Assembly (NCBI GenBank): GCA_902793435.1
Contig: CADBDF010000003.1
Coordinates: 26,167-90,166, forward strand
DNA from: an uncultured Pseudomonadota bacterium
Lineage (GTDB): Bacteria > Pseudomonadota > Alphaproteobacteria > Rs-D84
Direction: 5' to 3'
DNA: 64,000 nt
Shown here: in pieces, positions 52,783 through 62,543 of the stretch
Layout: the number at the start of each line of letters is the position of its first letter
How positions within the stretch are numbered: the stretch's first letter is position 1
Notes under the pieces: model-generated
Seen by the model: only the letters and a program-made list of their open reading frames with translations
Told to the model about the DNA's origin: nothing
Database searches by the model: none
Made by a program: the position numbers and the translations under genes

Positions 52783-54255
52783 TTAAAACGCGTATTTTAA
52801 TCCCAAATGCAAACTAAATGATTGCCATGTTGCCTCTTTCAAAGCATCTGTCACACGTTCAGTATATGCCGGATATGTTTTTGCGACATAATCAAATGCA
52901 TTGGGATCAACATTGCTGGGAACCTCGGTATATTCGGTGTATTCAGCCCAATAAATTTCACCACCGATTTTACCCACATGGAAATAATTTGTGTCCGCCT
53001 TTAACGATAATTGCAAACGGTCAGATAAACGCATCGAATATTCCATTTCCAATTCATACGCAAAGGCATCATTATCACCCTCGTCCAAGAAACTGGGGTG
53101 TTGTTGCCAATCTGTCCGGTTTGGCCATATACCTTCGGACGAATATTTCGGCATACTGACCTGGCCATAAAAGCGCAATTTATCAGTTAATGTTAATTGT
53201 TTTTCAATTTCCAATCCAATATAAAATCCAGACCATGTTGTATTATATTCATGTGTTTTGCCAGACACCAATATTGGGCCATCGCCGCCAATTATAACAC
53301 ATTCATCATAGCCAACACCCCATGGTGCATATGGATTTGCCGCATCATAAACATAATCATTTATCGACAATGCACCTGTTAATGGATCAACCGAACCAAC
53401 ATTGATTTGTTCGGGCGACACACATACCTGGTACCATTTTTCAGCAGCCGCTTCGGCCTGATCAATAGGAACATCATAGTAAATTCCTAAATCTTCGGGG
53501 TCACCAAAAACATAATCGCCGTCCTGGGTCATTAATGGAATATATACACCCTGGTTTGGATAATAATGGTCGGCCATTTGCAAATTATGTTTAAATATTT
53601 CATAACCAAATACAGGTGTTAATTTCCAACCCGCAATATCCCATATATTGTGCGCACCGATTCCAAACTTCATGTGATTTGTGTCACCAGATTGGTCACC
53701 AACAGATATCGTGAAAATTCCTTCGTATGGACGCGCAACATCATACGGCAACAAATCATAATCCATGGACAGACCGCCACTTTCCATTTTACCGTATGTA
53801 AATTCACCAAATGCCATCATATCAAAGTTGCGCAATGTAAAATTATAACGCGCACCAGCCTTTAATTCATTAAACACCATATCGTCCCATTCCAAAACGG
53901 AATTTACAGATGTTGTAAATTGGAAATCTGCAAAACGACGACCATACCCGCCATAGATATAAAAACCATTTTCATCAGCCGTTGGTATTGACACACCGTT
54001 TGCCGTCATTGTTCCAGGATATGATGCAACCTGGGGCGCCGCAGGCACACGATATGTATATGTGTTTGACGAAACAACTTGTTTAGAACCAGACCCAACA
54101 TAATTTTGATAACCACGATTTTGATACGAACCGTATGCGGCACGATTCATCGATGTGGATTGTTGTTGATAGTATGATGGAACACCTTCGTTGCTGGCCC
54201 AAGCCGGCAGCGACACGCAGATTCCAAGCAAAATCGTGATTTTATCCTTCCTCAT
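52783..54255 (-). CDS. outer-membrane beta-barrel protein, hypothetical
   Basis: 490 aa with a signal peptide (ILLGICVSLPAWA), Tyr/Gly-rich strands and C-terminal ...HLGLKYAF. Confidence 0.65.
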   Translation of the reverse strand: MRKDKITILLGICVSLPAWASNEGVPSYYQQQSTSMNRAAYGSYQNRGYQNYVGSGSKQVVSSNTYTYRVPAAPQVASYPGTMTANGVSIPTADENGFYIYGGYGRRFADFQFTTSVNSVLEWDDMVFNELKAGARYNFTLRNFDMMAFGEFTYGKMESGGLSMDYDLLPYDVARPYEGIFTISVGDQSGDTNHMKFGIGAHNIWDIAGWKLTPVFGYEIFKHNLQMADHYYPNQGVYIPLMTQDGDYVFGDPEDLGIYYDVPIDQAEAAAEKWYQVCVSPEQINVGSVDPLTGALSINDYVYDAANPYAPWGVGYDECVIIGGDGPILVSGKTHEYNTTWSGFYIGLEIEKQLTLTDKLRFYGQVSMPKYSSEGIWPNRTDWQQHPSFLDEGDNDAFAYELEMEYSMRLSDRLQLSLKADTNYFHVGKIGGEIYWAEYTEYTEVPSNVDPNAFDYVAKTYPAYTERVTDALKEATWQSFSLHLGLKYAF

Positions 54256-54338
54256 TTGGTTTTATTATGAAACAATTTCAATATTTAATGCAACTAAAAA
54301 AAAATGATTTACTGGATTTTTTTATTCTTTGTTTTAAT

Positions 54339-55400
54339 ATGACCCGTATGATTGCGCCACACAACATTTATATTCATGTTCCGTATTGCATTTCCAAGTG
54401 CAATTATTGTGCTTTTTTTTCACGTGCAATTTCACCAGATTGGGATTCATATTGTAATCAAATTTGTAATGAAATAGATTATTGGTTTAATAAACTGGGA
54501 CACATAAATGTTCCAACTGTTTTTTTTGGTGGCGGCACCCCCAGTTTAATGCCAATAAATGTTTTCCAAAAAATCATACAACATTTAAACCACAATTTTG
54601 ATTTATCACATTGCGATGAAATCACACTTGAATCAAATCCTGGGACAATCACATACGATAAATTACAAGAATTTGTTGCAAATGGCATGACACGTTTATC
54701 AATCGGCGTGCAATCGTTTGATGATGACGAACTGCAATTCTTGGGACGCAAACACAACGCACAAACAGCAATAGATTTGATAAACGATGCACAAAAATCT
54801 GGTATCAGGGTCAGTGCAGATTTTATATATGGACTGCCAAATCACAATGTAAAAAATGTAATCAATTTATGCACACAAATAAATGATATTGGATTACAAC
54901 ACGCATCTTTGTACGAATTAACCATCGAACCAAACACTCCGTTTGGACATATGAATTTAAATATGCCGTCCAATGATGAAATGGCAGAAATGTATTTAAC
55001 CATACAAAGTCATTTAAATTTATCACGATACGAGGTTTCTAATTATTCCGCACCCAATCAACAATGCAGACACAATCAAAACGTATGGGACGGTGATGCC
55101 TATATTGGTTTGGGCAACGGTGCAATGGGACGCGTATTGATTGACGGCGATTGGTTTGAACAATCTGGGGGAGATATAAAAACAACCAAGATAGATACAA
55201 ATACGCGTGCCACAGAACGCATTATTACAGGATTGCGCACAACACGTGGTGTGTTAATTGATGATACAATAAAAAATATAGTTGATATAGATTTTATAAA
55301 TTCTAATAATGAATTGGTCCAAATCAAAGATAATCACATAATCGCAACACCAAAAGGATTATTGACATTAGACAATTTAATTTTACATATAATAAAGTAA
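54339..55400 (+). CDS. hemW: HemW/HemN-like radical SAM protein (heme chaperone, oxygen-independent coproporphyrinogen oxidase family)
   Basis: IHVPYCISKCNYCAFFS (CxxxCxxC) and FFGGGTPS. Start set at the internal ATG 54339, because the track start adds 24 non-conserved codons. Confidence 0.8.
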   Translation: MTRMIAPHNIYIHVPYCISKCNYCAFFSRAISPDWDSYCNQICNEIDYWFNKLGHINVPTVFFGGGTPSLMPINVFQKIIQHLNHNFDLSHCDEITLESNPGTITYDKLQEFVANGMTRLSIGVQSFDDDELQFLGRKHNAQTAIDLINDAQKSGIRVSADFIYGLPNHNVKNVINLCTQINDIGLQHASLYELTIEPNTPFGHMNLNMPSNDEMAEMYLTIQSHLNLSRYEVSNYSAPNQQCRHNQNVWDGDAYIGLGNGAMGRVLIDGDWFEQSGGDIKTTKIDTNTRATERIITGLRTTRGVLIDDTIKNIVDIDFINSNNELVQIKDNHIIATPKGLLTLDNLILHIIK

Positions 55401-55407
55401 AGAATAA

Positions 55408-57390
55408 ATGGAACACAAACTTTTAAACATAATTGGAATCTGTGCAGTTGCCATCACTTTGGCATTGGCCGGTTTTATACACAAGGAGAACAGCATGACA
55501 ATAGGTTTAGATATTAAAAATATGGACACCAGGATTGCCCCCGGGACAGATTTTTATGATTACGCAACACGTGGCTGGCGCGTGGCCCACCCTATTCCAA
55601 ACGACTATGCAAGATATGGGACATTTGAATTACTGGCCGAACAAAACGATAAACGCGTTCGTGAAATCGCCGAAACAGACACCGGTAAAGTTGGTAAATT
55701 GTTTAGAATTGCTATGAACGAAAGACAATTAAACACCGAAACTGTGCGTCCTGTGCGTCCATATTTGGCAGATATCAGCGAAATAACATCTGTTGCCGAT
55801 TTGCCAAGTGCGTTGGGAAAATTGCACAGTTTTGTTGATGGATTTTTTGCCGATACTGTTGAGTTAGACGAAAAAGACAGTTCATATTATTTATATCACA
55901 TTGTGCAATCTGGCACCGGTTTGTCACGTGATTATTATTTTGACAAAGATGAAAAATCCGAACAGGTTCGCGAAAAATATATTGAATACTTGGATAAATT
56001 GATGACCGCATTTGGTGTGTCTGGCGATGCACAAAAAATATTTAATCTGGAAAAAAAATTAGCCAAGGCTTTTTATAGAAAAGAAGATTTGCGCAATCCA
56101 TTGAAAAATTACCACAAAATGTCAATCCAAGAATTCAACGATACTTTTGTTGGTTTTGATTGGGATAAATATTTTGCAGCACGCGAAATCAACCCGAAAT
56201 CAATTAGTGTTGCACAGCCCGAGGCTTTGACAGAGGCTATTAACATTATAAACAATACAGATATAGATTTATTAAAAACTTATTTAAAGGTTCGTATGAT
56301 TTCTGGGGCAACATCATATCTGGACGACAGAACATACGATATTGCATTTGAATTTAACAAGGTTTTAACCGGTCAAAACGACAAGAAACCACGTTGGAAA
56401 CGCGCCATTGGTATTGTCGATGGTTCTTTGGGTGATTTGGTTGGTAAAATATTCACAGAAAGATTTTTCCATGCAGATGCAAAACACCGCATGCAAGATT
56501 TGGTAAAAAATTTACAATCTGCATTAAAGATGCGAATTGAAAAACTGGATTGGATGTCCGCCGACACAAAACAAGAAGCTTTGAAAAAATTAAGCACTTT
56601 CCATGCAAAAATTGGTTATCCAGATGTATGGCGCGATTATTCAAATCTGGAAATATCAAACAACGATTCGCTGTATGATAACATGGTTCGTATTTGGAAA
56701 TTTCATGACAGATTCTGGTTGGATAAAATCGACAAACCACGCGACCCAAACATTTGGTATATGAACGCACACGAGGTTAATGCATATTACGACCCATCAA
56801 CAAATGAAATATGTTTTCCAGCCGGTATTTTGCAATACCCGTTCTTTGATATGCGGGCAGATGACGCATTTAATTATGGCGCAATCGGTAGCATAATCGG
56901 TCATGAAATGACACATGGGTTTGACGACAGTGGTCGTCACTTTGACGCAGACGGCAATATGCGCGATTGGTGGAATGCCGATGACACACGCGAATTTAAC
57001 AAAAGAACAAATGTATTACGCGAGTTCTTTAACAATATAACGGTTGCAACAGACACACGTGCAAACGGAACATTTACATTGGGCGAAAATTTAGCCGACT
57101 ATGGTGGTGTGACTGTTTCATTTACCGCATTTACCCAATTTGGTAATCGCACAGAACCAATCAATGGATTGACTGATGCACAAAGATTCTTTATTGCATA
57201 CGCAATGGGATTCACACAGAATATTCGTGATGCCGAGGTTTTACGATTAACCAAAACAAACGAACATTCTTTGGGACGTTGGCGCGTAAATGGAATATTG
57301 CCACATATTGACGCGTGGTATGATGCTTTTAAAATAAACGATAAATCGAAAATGTATATTGCACCGAATAAACGCGTAAAGATTTGGTAA
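55408..57390 (+). CDS. pepO: M13-family zinc metalloendopeptidase (PepO/neprilysin-like)
   Basis: 660 aa with an N-terminal anchor, HEMTHGFD (HExxH), ENLADYGG and NAYY motifs. Confidence 0.9.
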   Translation: MEHKLLNIIGICAVAITLALAGFIHKENSMTIGLDIKNMDTRIAPGTDFYDYATRGWRVAHPIPNDYARYGTFELLAEQNDKRVREIAETDTGKVGKLFRIAMNERQLNTETVRPVRPYLADISEITSVADLPSALGKLHSFVDGFFADTVELDEKDSSYYLYHIVQSGTGLSRDYYFDKDEKSEQVREKYIEYLDKLMTAFGVSGDAQKIFNLEKKLAKAFYRKEDLRNPLKNYHKMSIQEFNDTFVGFDWDKYFAAREINPKSISVAQPEALTEAINIINNTDIDLLKTYLKVRMISGATSYLDDRTYDIAFEFNKVLTGQNDKKPRWKRAIGIVDGSLGDLVGKIFTERFFHADAKHRMQDLVKNLQSALKMRIEKLDWMSADTKQEALKKLSTFHAKIGYPDVWRDYSNLEISNNDSLYDNMVRIWKFHDRFWLDKIDKPRDPNIWYMNAHEVNAYYDPSTNEICFPAGILQYPFFDMRADDAFNYGAIGSIIGHEMTHGFDDSGRHFDADGNMRDWWNADDTREFNKRTNVLREFFNNITVATDTRANGTFTLGENLADYGGVTVSFTAFTQFGNRTEPINGLTDAQRFFIAYAMGFTQNIRDAEVLRLTKTNEHSLGRWRVNGILPHIDAWYDAFKINDKSKMYIAPNKRVKIW

Positions 57391-57416
57391 AAACACCCGC
57401 AAATGCGGGTGTTTTT

Positions 57417-57707
57417 TTAATCTTTATTTCCAACACGCTGTCTAAATTCTGTACTTGGACGAAATGTTGCAACACGACGCGCAGAAATAACCGCAGGAAC
57501 ACCTGTTTTAGGATTACGACCAATACGCGCCGGTTTTGTCAAAATTTTGAAAGTTCCAAAACCAGAAAATTTGACATCATTTCCATTAACCAACGATTCA
57601 CCAATTTCTGCAAAAATAACATCTATCATTTTATATGCATCGGTTGCGGTTAAACCAAATTTATCACGCAAGCGAGTTGCCAAATCATTTCGTGTAATTG
57701 TTGCCAT
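57417..57707 (-). CDS. HU/IHF-family DNA-binding protein (IHF alpha-like)
   Basis: 96 aa with FGTFKILTKPARIGRNPKTGVPAVISARRVATFRPS, characteristic of IHF/HU arms. Confidence 0.85.
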   Translation of the reverse strand: MATITRNDLATRLRDKFGLTATDAYKMIDVIFAEIGESLVNGNDVKFSGFGTFKILTKPARIGRNPKTGVPAVISARRVATFRPSTEFRQRVGNKD

Positions 57708-57829
57708 TTTTTAATTTCCCTTTGTTTTTCCTTGATTATTATATCGACGCGCAATAAAAAAGCAACATTTATTTGTTTTTTTGCAAAATATTGATTTTGT
57801 GTTTTAATTTGTTTAAAATGTTTGTGTAT

Positions 57830-57905
57830 GTCCCCATAGTTCAACTGGATAGAACGGGGGTTTCCTAAACCTCTGATGCTGGTTCGATTCCTGCTGGGGA
57901 TACCA
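57830..57905 (+). tRNA. tRNA-Arg (anticodon CCU)
   Basis: 76 nt. Acceptor GTCCCCA/TGGGGAT (G1-U72), anticodon arm GGGGT-TTCCTAA-ACCTC, T-loop TTCGATT, encoded CCA. One U-U mismatch in the T stem. Confidence 0.85.
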
Positions 57906-57916
57906 AACAAAGTTTA

Positions 57917-58264
57917 ATGAAGAAGAATAGTATGAAAAACAAGGCTGTTAAATTTGGGATTATCGCAACATTATTACCACATCTGTTTTGTTGCGTATTA
58001 CCGATTGTGTTGGCTATTTTAAGTTTATTCGCACCAGAGGTTGCACATTCATCGTATTTTATGCCAGATTGGTTGGAACCATGGCTGTTTGTGATTTCGG
58101 CTTTGATGTTGGGGTTGTCTTGGGTGTTTGTTATACGCGATTGTCATTGCGATTGTGACATGTGCCACACGCACGAAAAACACACCCCACAAAAAATCAT
58201 TTTATCTGTTATAACGATTTTATTTATTGTTAGTGTTGTTTTGCACATTATCGCACATCATTAA
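57917..58264 (+). CDS. small membrane protein with Cys/His-rich motifs (possibly MerC-like metal-binding)
   Basis: 115 aa with four helices, LPHLFCCVLP and RDCHCDCDMCHTHEKH. Confidence 0.45.
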   Translation: MKKNSMKNKAVKFGIIATLLPHLFCCVLPIVLAILSLFAPEVAHSSYFMPDWLEPWLFVISALMLGLSWVFVIRDCHCDCDMCHTHEKHTPQKIILSVITILFIVSVVLHIIAHH

Positions 58265-58421
58265 CAACGTTCAATTTTCAGTGTGCAAAGTTCAGTTGAT
58301 ACGTCGGTATGTGACCAACAACTTTTTACCACCCTATACAGATGTCAATATGACTTATTTTTTATTTGTTTTATGCCACCGAATATGATAAAATAAATCA
58401 TAAAAGGTAGGAGTGATATTG

Positions 58422-60653
58422 ATGAAAAGATTAGTCGTTGTTTTAAGCAGTTTGTTGGTTTTACCCGCATTTGCCGAGGTTTCACCGTCGCAAATTGATA
58501 CAGAAAATATGTTTTCTGGGGTTGAATTTGACGATGCGACAACTGGTGCGGTCGAAGAAATTGTTGCAGACGAAGAAGTATCTGCACCGGTTGCAAAACC
58601 ACAGGCAAACACATCTGGCCGTATGATTGGAACAGGTACCGCGGGACGTGTGGCGGCGGGTCGTTCGGGCATCAGTCGCGCCAGCAATGTGGCCAGTCCC
58701 AGAACAAATTCTGTGCGGTCACGCAGTATTTCTGTCCGCAGTGCAACGACACCTGTGCGCACAACATCGGTGACAACACGTCGCGCCGACAGCATTGGAA
58801 CCACCCAACGTCAAGGTGTTGCGGCACGTGCATCAACATTGAATTCCACCCAAACAGTTTATAATCCCAATACAACCAGTGGTGTTCGCGCATCTGTGAC
58901 ATCACGTGGCATGCGTGCGGCAACAATTGTTCCCGCCACAACAACAGTTCCAACAGCGGAATCTGCGGTGGAAACAACGGCTGAATTGAACGCAATTAAA
59001 TCTTTGACCGAATATTGCCAAGCACAATATGCGTCTTGTATGGATAATTATTGTAATGTTTTGGACGACAACCAAGGTCGTTGCACATGTTCCAAAAACA
59101 TTTCTAACTATGAAAAGACCGAGGCTGCATTAGCAAACGCGACCGAGGCTTTACAAGATGTCGCACGCAGTATTCAATACATTGGTTTGCCTGCGGATCA
59201 AATTAATACATTATTCACAGAAACCGAGGCAGAATTAACAATGAAAGATTCCAAAGATAATTCTGCAATTCGTTCAAGTTTGGATAAAGTAAAACGTATG
59301 ATTGTCGATGTTAAAACTGGCACGGCATCTGCGGTTGAAACAAACAGTACGATGAATTTTGATTTGTCGGGATTGTTGAATTTTGATATCGGCAGCACAG
59401 GATTTGATTTGTCCAGCTTTATGGGAACAACATCAAACACTAACAGTATTTCAAATCAACGCGGTGAATCATTGTATAAAACAGCGACCGCACGTTGCAA
59501 GGCATCAGTATTGAATTCTTGCACCGCCCAAGGTGTTGATGCCGCGGTCGTGACAAATTCATACGATTTGGAAATCGATAAATCATGTTTGGCATACGAA
59601 CGCGCTTTGACAGATTCAAACGCACAAATGGCACAAACAGTTGCAAACGCCAAAGAAGTTTTGAAAAAGGCACGTTTGATGGTTGCGCAAAACAAAAATT
59701 CTTATGATTTGCGCGGTTGCGTCAGTGCGTTGGAATCATGTATGCAAGACGATTATGTTTGTGGTAACAGTTACGAAAGCTGTCTGGATCCAACCGGCCA
59801 ATATATCGTAAATGGTTCGGTTGTTATCGGCAGTATGCCTGGTAATAATACCGAGGGATCCGATATCAGCTCTACATATTCACATGAAAATTTGTTCAGC
59901 ACATGGACCGCACCTGATGGAACCAAAAATCCATGGGCGACTTCAAATTCTAGTGATCCTAAATACATAACATTGGTTGATTATATCGATGCCACGGTGA
60001 CAAATTCTGCGGCCAAAAACGCTTCGGACAAAATGTCACAATATTTGCAGAACAAAATTGGCTATCATGATAACAGCACAAATAAAGACTTTGGTATGTG
60101 CATGTCTATCTTGAATAAATGTCAAAACTATACATACGATAAAAAAGGCAAATACGACCCAGAAAACGAGGTTGTAAAGCAATTCTTGCAACGTGCATTG
60201 GTTCAAATTAAAACGGCCCAAGATGAATTGTTGGCATCGTATGCAGAAAGTTGCATCAGTGATGTTTCCAGTTGTTTGGCATCCAATAACTATGATTCTG
60301 CAAACCCAGAGGGTACAAAATCCAGAACAGCAATCAATGCTTGTTATTCACAAATCAAAACATGTTTGTCTGTGAATGGTAACATTTATGGTTCTGTGAC
60401 ACCTGCGGTATTGCAAAGTTGGGTGACGGGTAATTATGGTTCGGTTGAAACATATACATCTACGAATGAAATTATCAACGACTGTGCCCAGATTACTGAC
60501 CCCACAGAATGCGGACAAAAATGGGGTTATTGCCTCAGCTCTAATGGTTCACCCAGAACGACATTGTCCGCGGGTATGTGCACATGGACAACAAATTCCA
60601 ACCTGCCTAATGGCGGAACTTGTGGCAGATCAGGCAGTGTGTCATGCAACTAA
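58422..60653 (+). CDS. large secreted Cys-rich hypothetical protein
   Basis: Start at ATG 58422 (GGAG upstream). Signal peptide MKRLVVVLSSLLVLPAFA, then a ~150-aa Ser/Thr/Arg/Val-rich low-complexity region. A Cys-rich body follows (YCQAQYASCMDNYCNVLDDNQGRCTCS). Confidence 0.6.
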   Translation: MKRLVVVLSSLLVLPAFAEVSPSQIDTENMFSGVEFDDATTGAVEEIVADEEVSAPVAKPQANTSGRMIGTGTAGRVAAGRSGISRASNVASPRTNSVRSRSISVRSATTPVRTTSVTTRRADSIGTTQRQGVAARASTLNSTQTVYNPNTTSGVRASVTSRGMRAATIVPATTTVPTAESAVETTAELNAIKSLTEYCQAQYASCMDNYCNVLDDNQGRCTCSKNISNYEKTEAALANATEALQDVARSIQYIGLPADQINTLFTETEAELTMKDSKDNSAIRSSLDKVKRMIVDVKTGTASAVETNSTMNFDLSGLLNFDIGSTGFDLSSFMGTTSNTNSISNQRGESLYKTATARCKASVLNSCTAQGVDAAVVTNSYDLEIDKSCLAYERALTDSNAQMAQTVANAKEVLKKARLMVAQNKNSYDLRGCVSALESCMQDDYVCGNSYESCLDPTGQYIVNGSVVIGSMPGNNTEGSDISSTYSHENLFSTWTAPDGTKNPWATSNSSDPKYITLVDYIDATVTNSAAKNASDKMSQYLQNKIGYHDNSTNKDFGMCMSILNKCQNYTYDKKGKYDPENEVVKQFLQRALVQIKTAQDELLASYAESCISDVSSCLASNNYDSANPEGTKSRTAINACYSQIKTCLSVNGNIYGSVTPAVLQSWVTGNYGSVETYTSTNEIINDCAQITDPTECGQKWGYCLSSNGSPRTTLSAGMCTWTTNSNLPNGGTCGRSGSVSCN

Positions 60654-60751
60654 AATAAAATATTTGCAAAAAAAAATCCCCGAAAAAATCGGGGATTTTT
60701 TTTATTCCGCCCCGGCCAAGGTGACGGCGCAACCTTGGGGTTTGGCAAATA

Positions 60752-61195
60752 TTATATGATTAAATTTGGACGGGTTGCACGCAGGTTTTCCAAAGATTTT
60801 TCTTGTGCCACACGAAAATCCGCCGGATTCCAAATTTGAAAAGAATTACCACGACCGACAAACAATGCCGTATCCCCTATTCCCGCATGCGCCAATAAAT
60901 CCGCCGGGATAATAATGCGTCCGGTCACATCAAATTGCAATGGACGCGCATCTGCAAACAGCATAGCAGATAAATCGTCCAAATTACCGTCAAAAACACC
61001 CATTTTATCGGTTGCAGACGCTAATTGTTCCATACGTGACATAGATAGCCCTTCGATACATTTATTTGTAAAAGAACGGTAAAGAACCACACCAGCAAAT
61101 TTTTCATTATTTAGTGCGGCACGAAAAGAAGCCGGCACAGAAATACGCCCTTTGGTATCCAAACGATTTTCATAAGACGAGAGAAACAATGACAT
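60752..61195 (-). CDS. mraZ: transcriptional regulator MraZ
   Basis: 147 aa with duplicated SpoVT/AbrB-like halves (LDTKGRISVPASFR and FDVTGRIIIPADL). Confidence 0.9.
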   Translation of the reverse strand: MSLFLSSYENRLDTKGRISVPASFRAALNNEKFAGVVLYRSFTNKCIEGLSMSRMEQLASATDKMGVFDGNLDDLSAMLFADARPLQFDVTGRIIIPADLLAHAGIGDTALFVGRGNSFQIWNPADFRVAQEKSLENLRATRPNLII

Positions 61196-61572
61196 TTTAT
61201 CCTTTGAATTTTTTGGGGTTTTACCGGCATCAACCGCACCACGAAAATCAGTCTAGCACGTGATTTTTTATATGTCAATGACATTTCATAATCAATTTAT
61301 GGGATTTTATGGTTTTACAAGACAAATTGCACTTTTTTTAAATAAATTTAAAATATTTTATTTTTTCTCTTGACCTGCGATTCGTTTTTGTTTTAAGATG
61401 TTTGTATAGACAAAAGGCACCCGTCTAAAATTACCAAAATCGCCCGGATTTCTGGTAAAAAACAAACAAAAAACAACCAAACGATGGCCGACTTTTTGTA
61501 AATACGATTGTAAATACAGGAAAAAGTCATCAAAACACACACAACAAACCCAAGAAAGGAGGGACCCACACA

Positions 61573-61905
61573 ATGCAAAAGAATATCAAACAGATAATGA
61601 TTGCACTGGACCAGGTTTTGAGCACAACCGTTTGGGTAAATCAAGATAGACAAATCATTTCATTAAGTGATGAATTGCATGTTGGCAACAACAATGCACC
61701 ACGTTCTATCGAAGATTTGCCACGCGCATCATTGGTCGGCGCATATGTATCATTACAAATTAGAACAGACAATTTTGATGTTGCGGCTGAAACATTGGAA
61801 ACACATGATTTGGCATTAAAGGTCAAAGAAATGGTGTTTGCCGAGGCTAAGAAAATCATGGATAACGATACAGAATCCATGGAACGTCATGTAAAGGCTG
61901 CATAA
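61573..61905 (+). CDS. hypothetical protein
   Basis: 110 aa with AAGGAGGG 8 nt before the ATG and a terminator hairpin at about 61937-61976. No domain recognised. Confidence 0.5.
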   Translation: MQKNIKQIMIALDQVLSTTVWVNQDRQIISLSDELHVGNNNAPRSIEDLPRASLVGAYVSLQIRTDNFDVAAETLETHDLALKVKEMVFAEAKKIMDNDTESMERHVKAA

Positions 61906-61976
61906 AAAAACACAGTTTCCGGATTACCGGAAGGAGAGGAGAAACCGCCAACAAGTAATTGTTGGCGGTTCGTTTT

Positions 61977-62177
61977 TTACCGGTCACGACTGCGCGGCAA
62001 CATTTTTATATTGTTTTCTGGGGTTATTCCCGCAGATTCCATAATTTTTACCAATTTAGCCTGGGACACAACCCAATGCTTTGCGTTTGCAATTTTCTTA
62101 GATTCTTGTTTTTCTGTGCGCGTTTTGTGTGGCGCAGTTTTGTTTTTATGCCATGTAGATTTCTTTTTTTGAATCAT
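61977..62177 (-). CDS. small basic hypothetical protein
   Basis: 66 aa, Lys-rich, with AAAGGACG upstream of the ATG. Coding status uncertain. Confidence 0.3.
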   Translation of the reverse strand: MIQKKKSTWHKNKTAPHKTRTEKQESKKIANAKHWVVSQAKLVKIMESAGITPENNIKMLPRSRDR

Positions 62178-62271
62178 ATTTTCGTCCTTTGGTTATACAT
62201 ATAAATATTATAAATTTTGGGCGCAACATTTTGTATCTGTATGAATTCCCTTTTGACAACAAAAAATACCC

Positions 62272-62543
62272 TTGCATAAAAAATTAATATCGTGATATAA
62301 TAATTTTGTCAGTGGGTGTTCCACTGATGAGGTGTCAAGACCTGCCAATAAAACAGCGTTCGTAATTATGCGAACGAAATACTCCAACCGTAAAATTGGT
62401 TGGAGGGTTGCGAATAATACCCCGACCGGTAAAATAAGCACACAATTTTCTGTTTTAAATTGTCTTGAACCTCCAACCGCCTATGTAATTTGGTGGTTTT
62501 TTTCATTTTGTGCGTAGCACAAAATGAAAAAACAAGGGGGAGT
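62272..62543 (+). promoter_or_regulatory. promoter plus ~235-nt structured leader with terminator/antiterminator alternatives
   Basis: TTGCAT (62272-62277), 18 nt, TATAAT (62296-62301). Four leader segments follow: S1 ctccaacc (62382-62389), S2 ggttggagg (62398-62406), S3 cctccaacc (62470-62478) and S4 ggtggtt (62492-62498). Confidence 0.6.
62475..62503 (+). terminator. intrinsic terminator inside the leader
   Basis: aaccgcc / ggtggtt stem (one G-U), 10-nt loop, then seven T. Lies 40 nt upstream of the start codon. Confidence 0.6.

Noticed and set aside
61196-61300. MraZ-box repeats (GTGGG-type direct repeats) upstream of mraZ.
   Set aside because: There are only loose GTGGT/GTTGA/GGTAA strings with irregular 8-9 nt spacing. 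This is not convincing without a genome-specific motif.
62332-62517. 61-aa ORF inside the 62272-62543 leader as a leader peptide or real gene.
   Set aside because: It has a GTG start without an RBS, it spans the terminator T-run, and it has no regulatory codon run. More likely a chance ORF.
62300-62543. Assigning the leader to a known riboswitch class (c-di-GMP, cobalamin, T-box and others).
   Set aside because: I could not find the diagnostic conserved cores, such as the GEMM ACGCAAAGC-type motifs, the B12 box or the T-box sequence. It is left unassigned.
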